A DNA stretch of 64,000 bases from Octopus vulgaris (lineage: Eukaryota). The stretch is taken from assembly GCA_951406725.2 (NCBI GenBank), contig OX597818.1, positions 25,110,001 through 25,174,000 of the forward strand, read 5' to 3'. Below, piece after piece: positions 62,472 through 64,000 of this stretch. A model generated the notes under the pieces. It did not search any database. It saw nothing but the letters and a program-made list of their open reading frames with translations, and was not told the DNA's origin. Every line of letters begins with the position of its first letter. The first letter of the stretch is position 1. A program made the position numbers and the translations under genes.

Positions 62472-64000
62472 GATTTGATTTGATTTGATTTTGATTTTTC
62501 CAGTTTCAGCTAATGAGCTGTGGCCATGCTGGGGCACCACCATTTGGTTTGCTACACGATTTTACCTCACGGATGCTTTTTAGCACACGCCATCTAATGC
62601 ATGAGAGAGTTCAATGCAGCTGCCCTCATCTGCACCTCCTGCCGTGAAGTTGGTTCATCCGGGACACCTGACAGGAAGAGGTCCAGTCCTACTTTAAAGA
62701 CATCCGCATCTACACCATGCAGGACCCTCAGGTTCTTTGGGAGGATATTGAAGAGCTGTGGGCCTCTGAAGCCCAGGCTATCACAATATCTTGTCCTACA
62801 TCTTGATGGCAAATTTGGAGTCCTTGGTACTACACAGTGGCGCCCGGTTCTGGCATTTGTGTGACTCTCGATGCCAAAGTTTGGGACAAGTCCTTCCAGG
62901 ATCTTCCAGATATATATTATGGCATATCTTTCTCGCCTACGCTCCAGGGAATGGAGCTTTAATCTCTTGAGTCTTTCCCAGTAGCTCATATGTTGCACAG
63001 AGGCTATCTTCTTCGTGTAGCTTCGTTGGATCGCCTCAAGTTCTGTGATCAACTTGACACTGGATGGTGACCATAGCTGAGAGCAATAGTCAAAATGGCT
63101 TAGGACAAGTGTCTTCCAGAGGACCATCATGGTTTCTTGTTCTCTTGTTCTAAGAATCCAGCCAGCCAGCCGTCTACATTTCATTGCCAGTTTAGCAACA
63201 TGTACATGAAAGGTCGCGTCATCACTCATGTGAATACCCAAGTCACGCACTGATTGCGCCTCTGGGATTGCAATCCCTCCGGGTCCAGTGTATTCATTGG
63301 GTATTGCATTCAGTTTTGCATACTGATAGTATAAAGCTTGAAACTTTTCAGCATTGAACTGCATGCTATTCTTTTCAGCCCACTTGTATATTTCGTCCAG
63401 CTCACATTGCAGGTGCTTAGTGTCTTCAGGGTTCTGTATTGCCTGTGAGACTTTTGCATCATCTGCATAACTTGTGATCGTGGCTCTCTGCGTGGCTGAG
63501 GGCATGTCCGAGAGGGCCATTATGAACAGTAGTGGTCCCAAAACAGTGCCCTGCGGAACACCGCTCACTATTTGCGTGTTAATGGAAGTGGCCCCATTGG
63601 CTGTTACCACCTGACTTCTATTCGTCAGAAAGTCATGAAGCCATTCTCCAAATTTTCCAACTATGCCAAGATCACGCAGTTTGTGACATATCATTCCATG
63701 ATCGACTTTATCAAAGGCCTTTGCGAAGTCGAGATATATGACTTCCACATTTGAGTGGTTGAGCAGTTGTTTCAGCACCCAGTCATAGTGCTGTAGGAGC
63801 TGAGTTAAGCAGCTTCTTCCTGGTCGGAAACCATGTTGGGTGTCAGGCAGCAAGTCATTTTCTTCAAGGAAGGTGATTAGTTTCCTGCTGACTATTCATT
63901 CCATGACCTTGCTGATGTGTGAGGTTAGGCAGATAGGTCTGTAGTTCTTGGCCTCTGCTCTGCTACCTCCTTTATGCATAGGGCTATTTTACCTTCCTTC
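62472..64000 (-). mobile_element. CR1-group LINE running off the window, with long open RT stretch and (AAATC)n tail
   Basis: 419-aa ORF 62594-63853: QHGFRPGRSC, YLDFAKAFDKVDH, SGVPQGTVLGP, SYADDAK. 3' end ggtggtgccccagcatggccacagctcattagctgaaactgg followed by (aaatc)n. Confidence 0.92.

Noticed and set aside
59047-62543. Long ORFs of 290-494 aa (MYIYVC... / HIYTY...)
   Set aside because: Translations of (TA)n/(TACA)n microsatellites, which lack stop codons; open in several frames on both strands.

Overview
Eukaryotic (animal) genomic DNA that is very AT-rich and dense in microsatellites. The SINE/LINE families look like those of octopod cephalopods; this is inferred from recognised repeat sequences, not from a database search. 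The only host gene I can support is PEX19 (peroxisomal membrane-protein chaperone/import receptor) on the minus strand. Five internal coding exons (14366-14248, 7362-7161, 6100-6015, 2243-2046, 499-323) have canonical GT/AG sites and splice in frame. The last exons lie left of the window and the first coding exon is not securely located. The rest is intron or upstream DNA filled with transposons: Penelope-like elements (RT + GIY-YIG), CR1-group, RTE and R4/Dong LINE fragments, tRNA-derived SINEs, Tc1/mariner and hAT elements, several Helitrons, foldback repeats and minisatellites. Nearly all long ORFs in the track are TE remnants or (TA/CA)n artefacts. The most interesting signal is a set of at least four different small non-coding elements, most sitting in or beside microsatellites. 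They carry type-I hammerhead-ribozyme folds, mostly with non-canonical catalytic cores, and two of them are partial tandems (578-bp and 148-bp units), as expected of retrozyme-like / Penelope-mobilised circular-RNA elements. Other notable items are a composite Helitron with two 5' ends, a 5'-inverted Penelope copy, SINEs with swapped LINE-derived tails, and a locally templated insertion.
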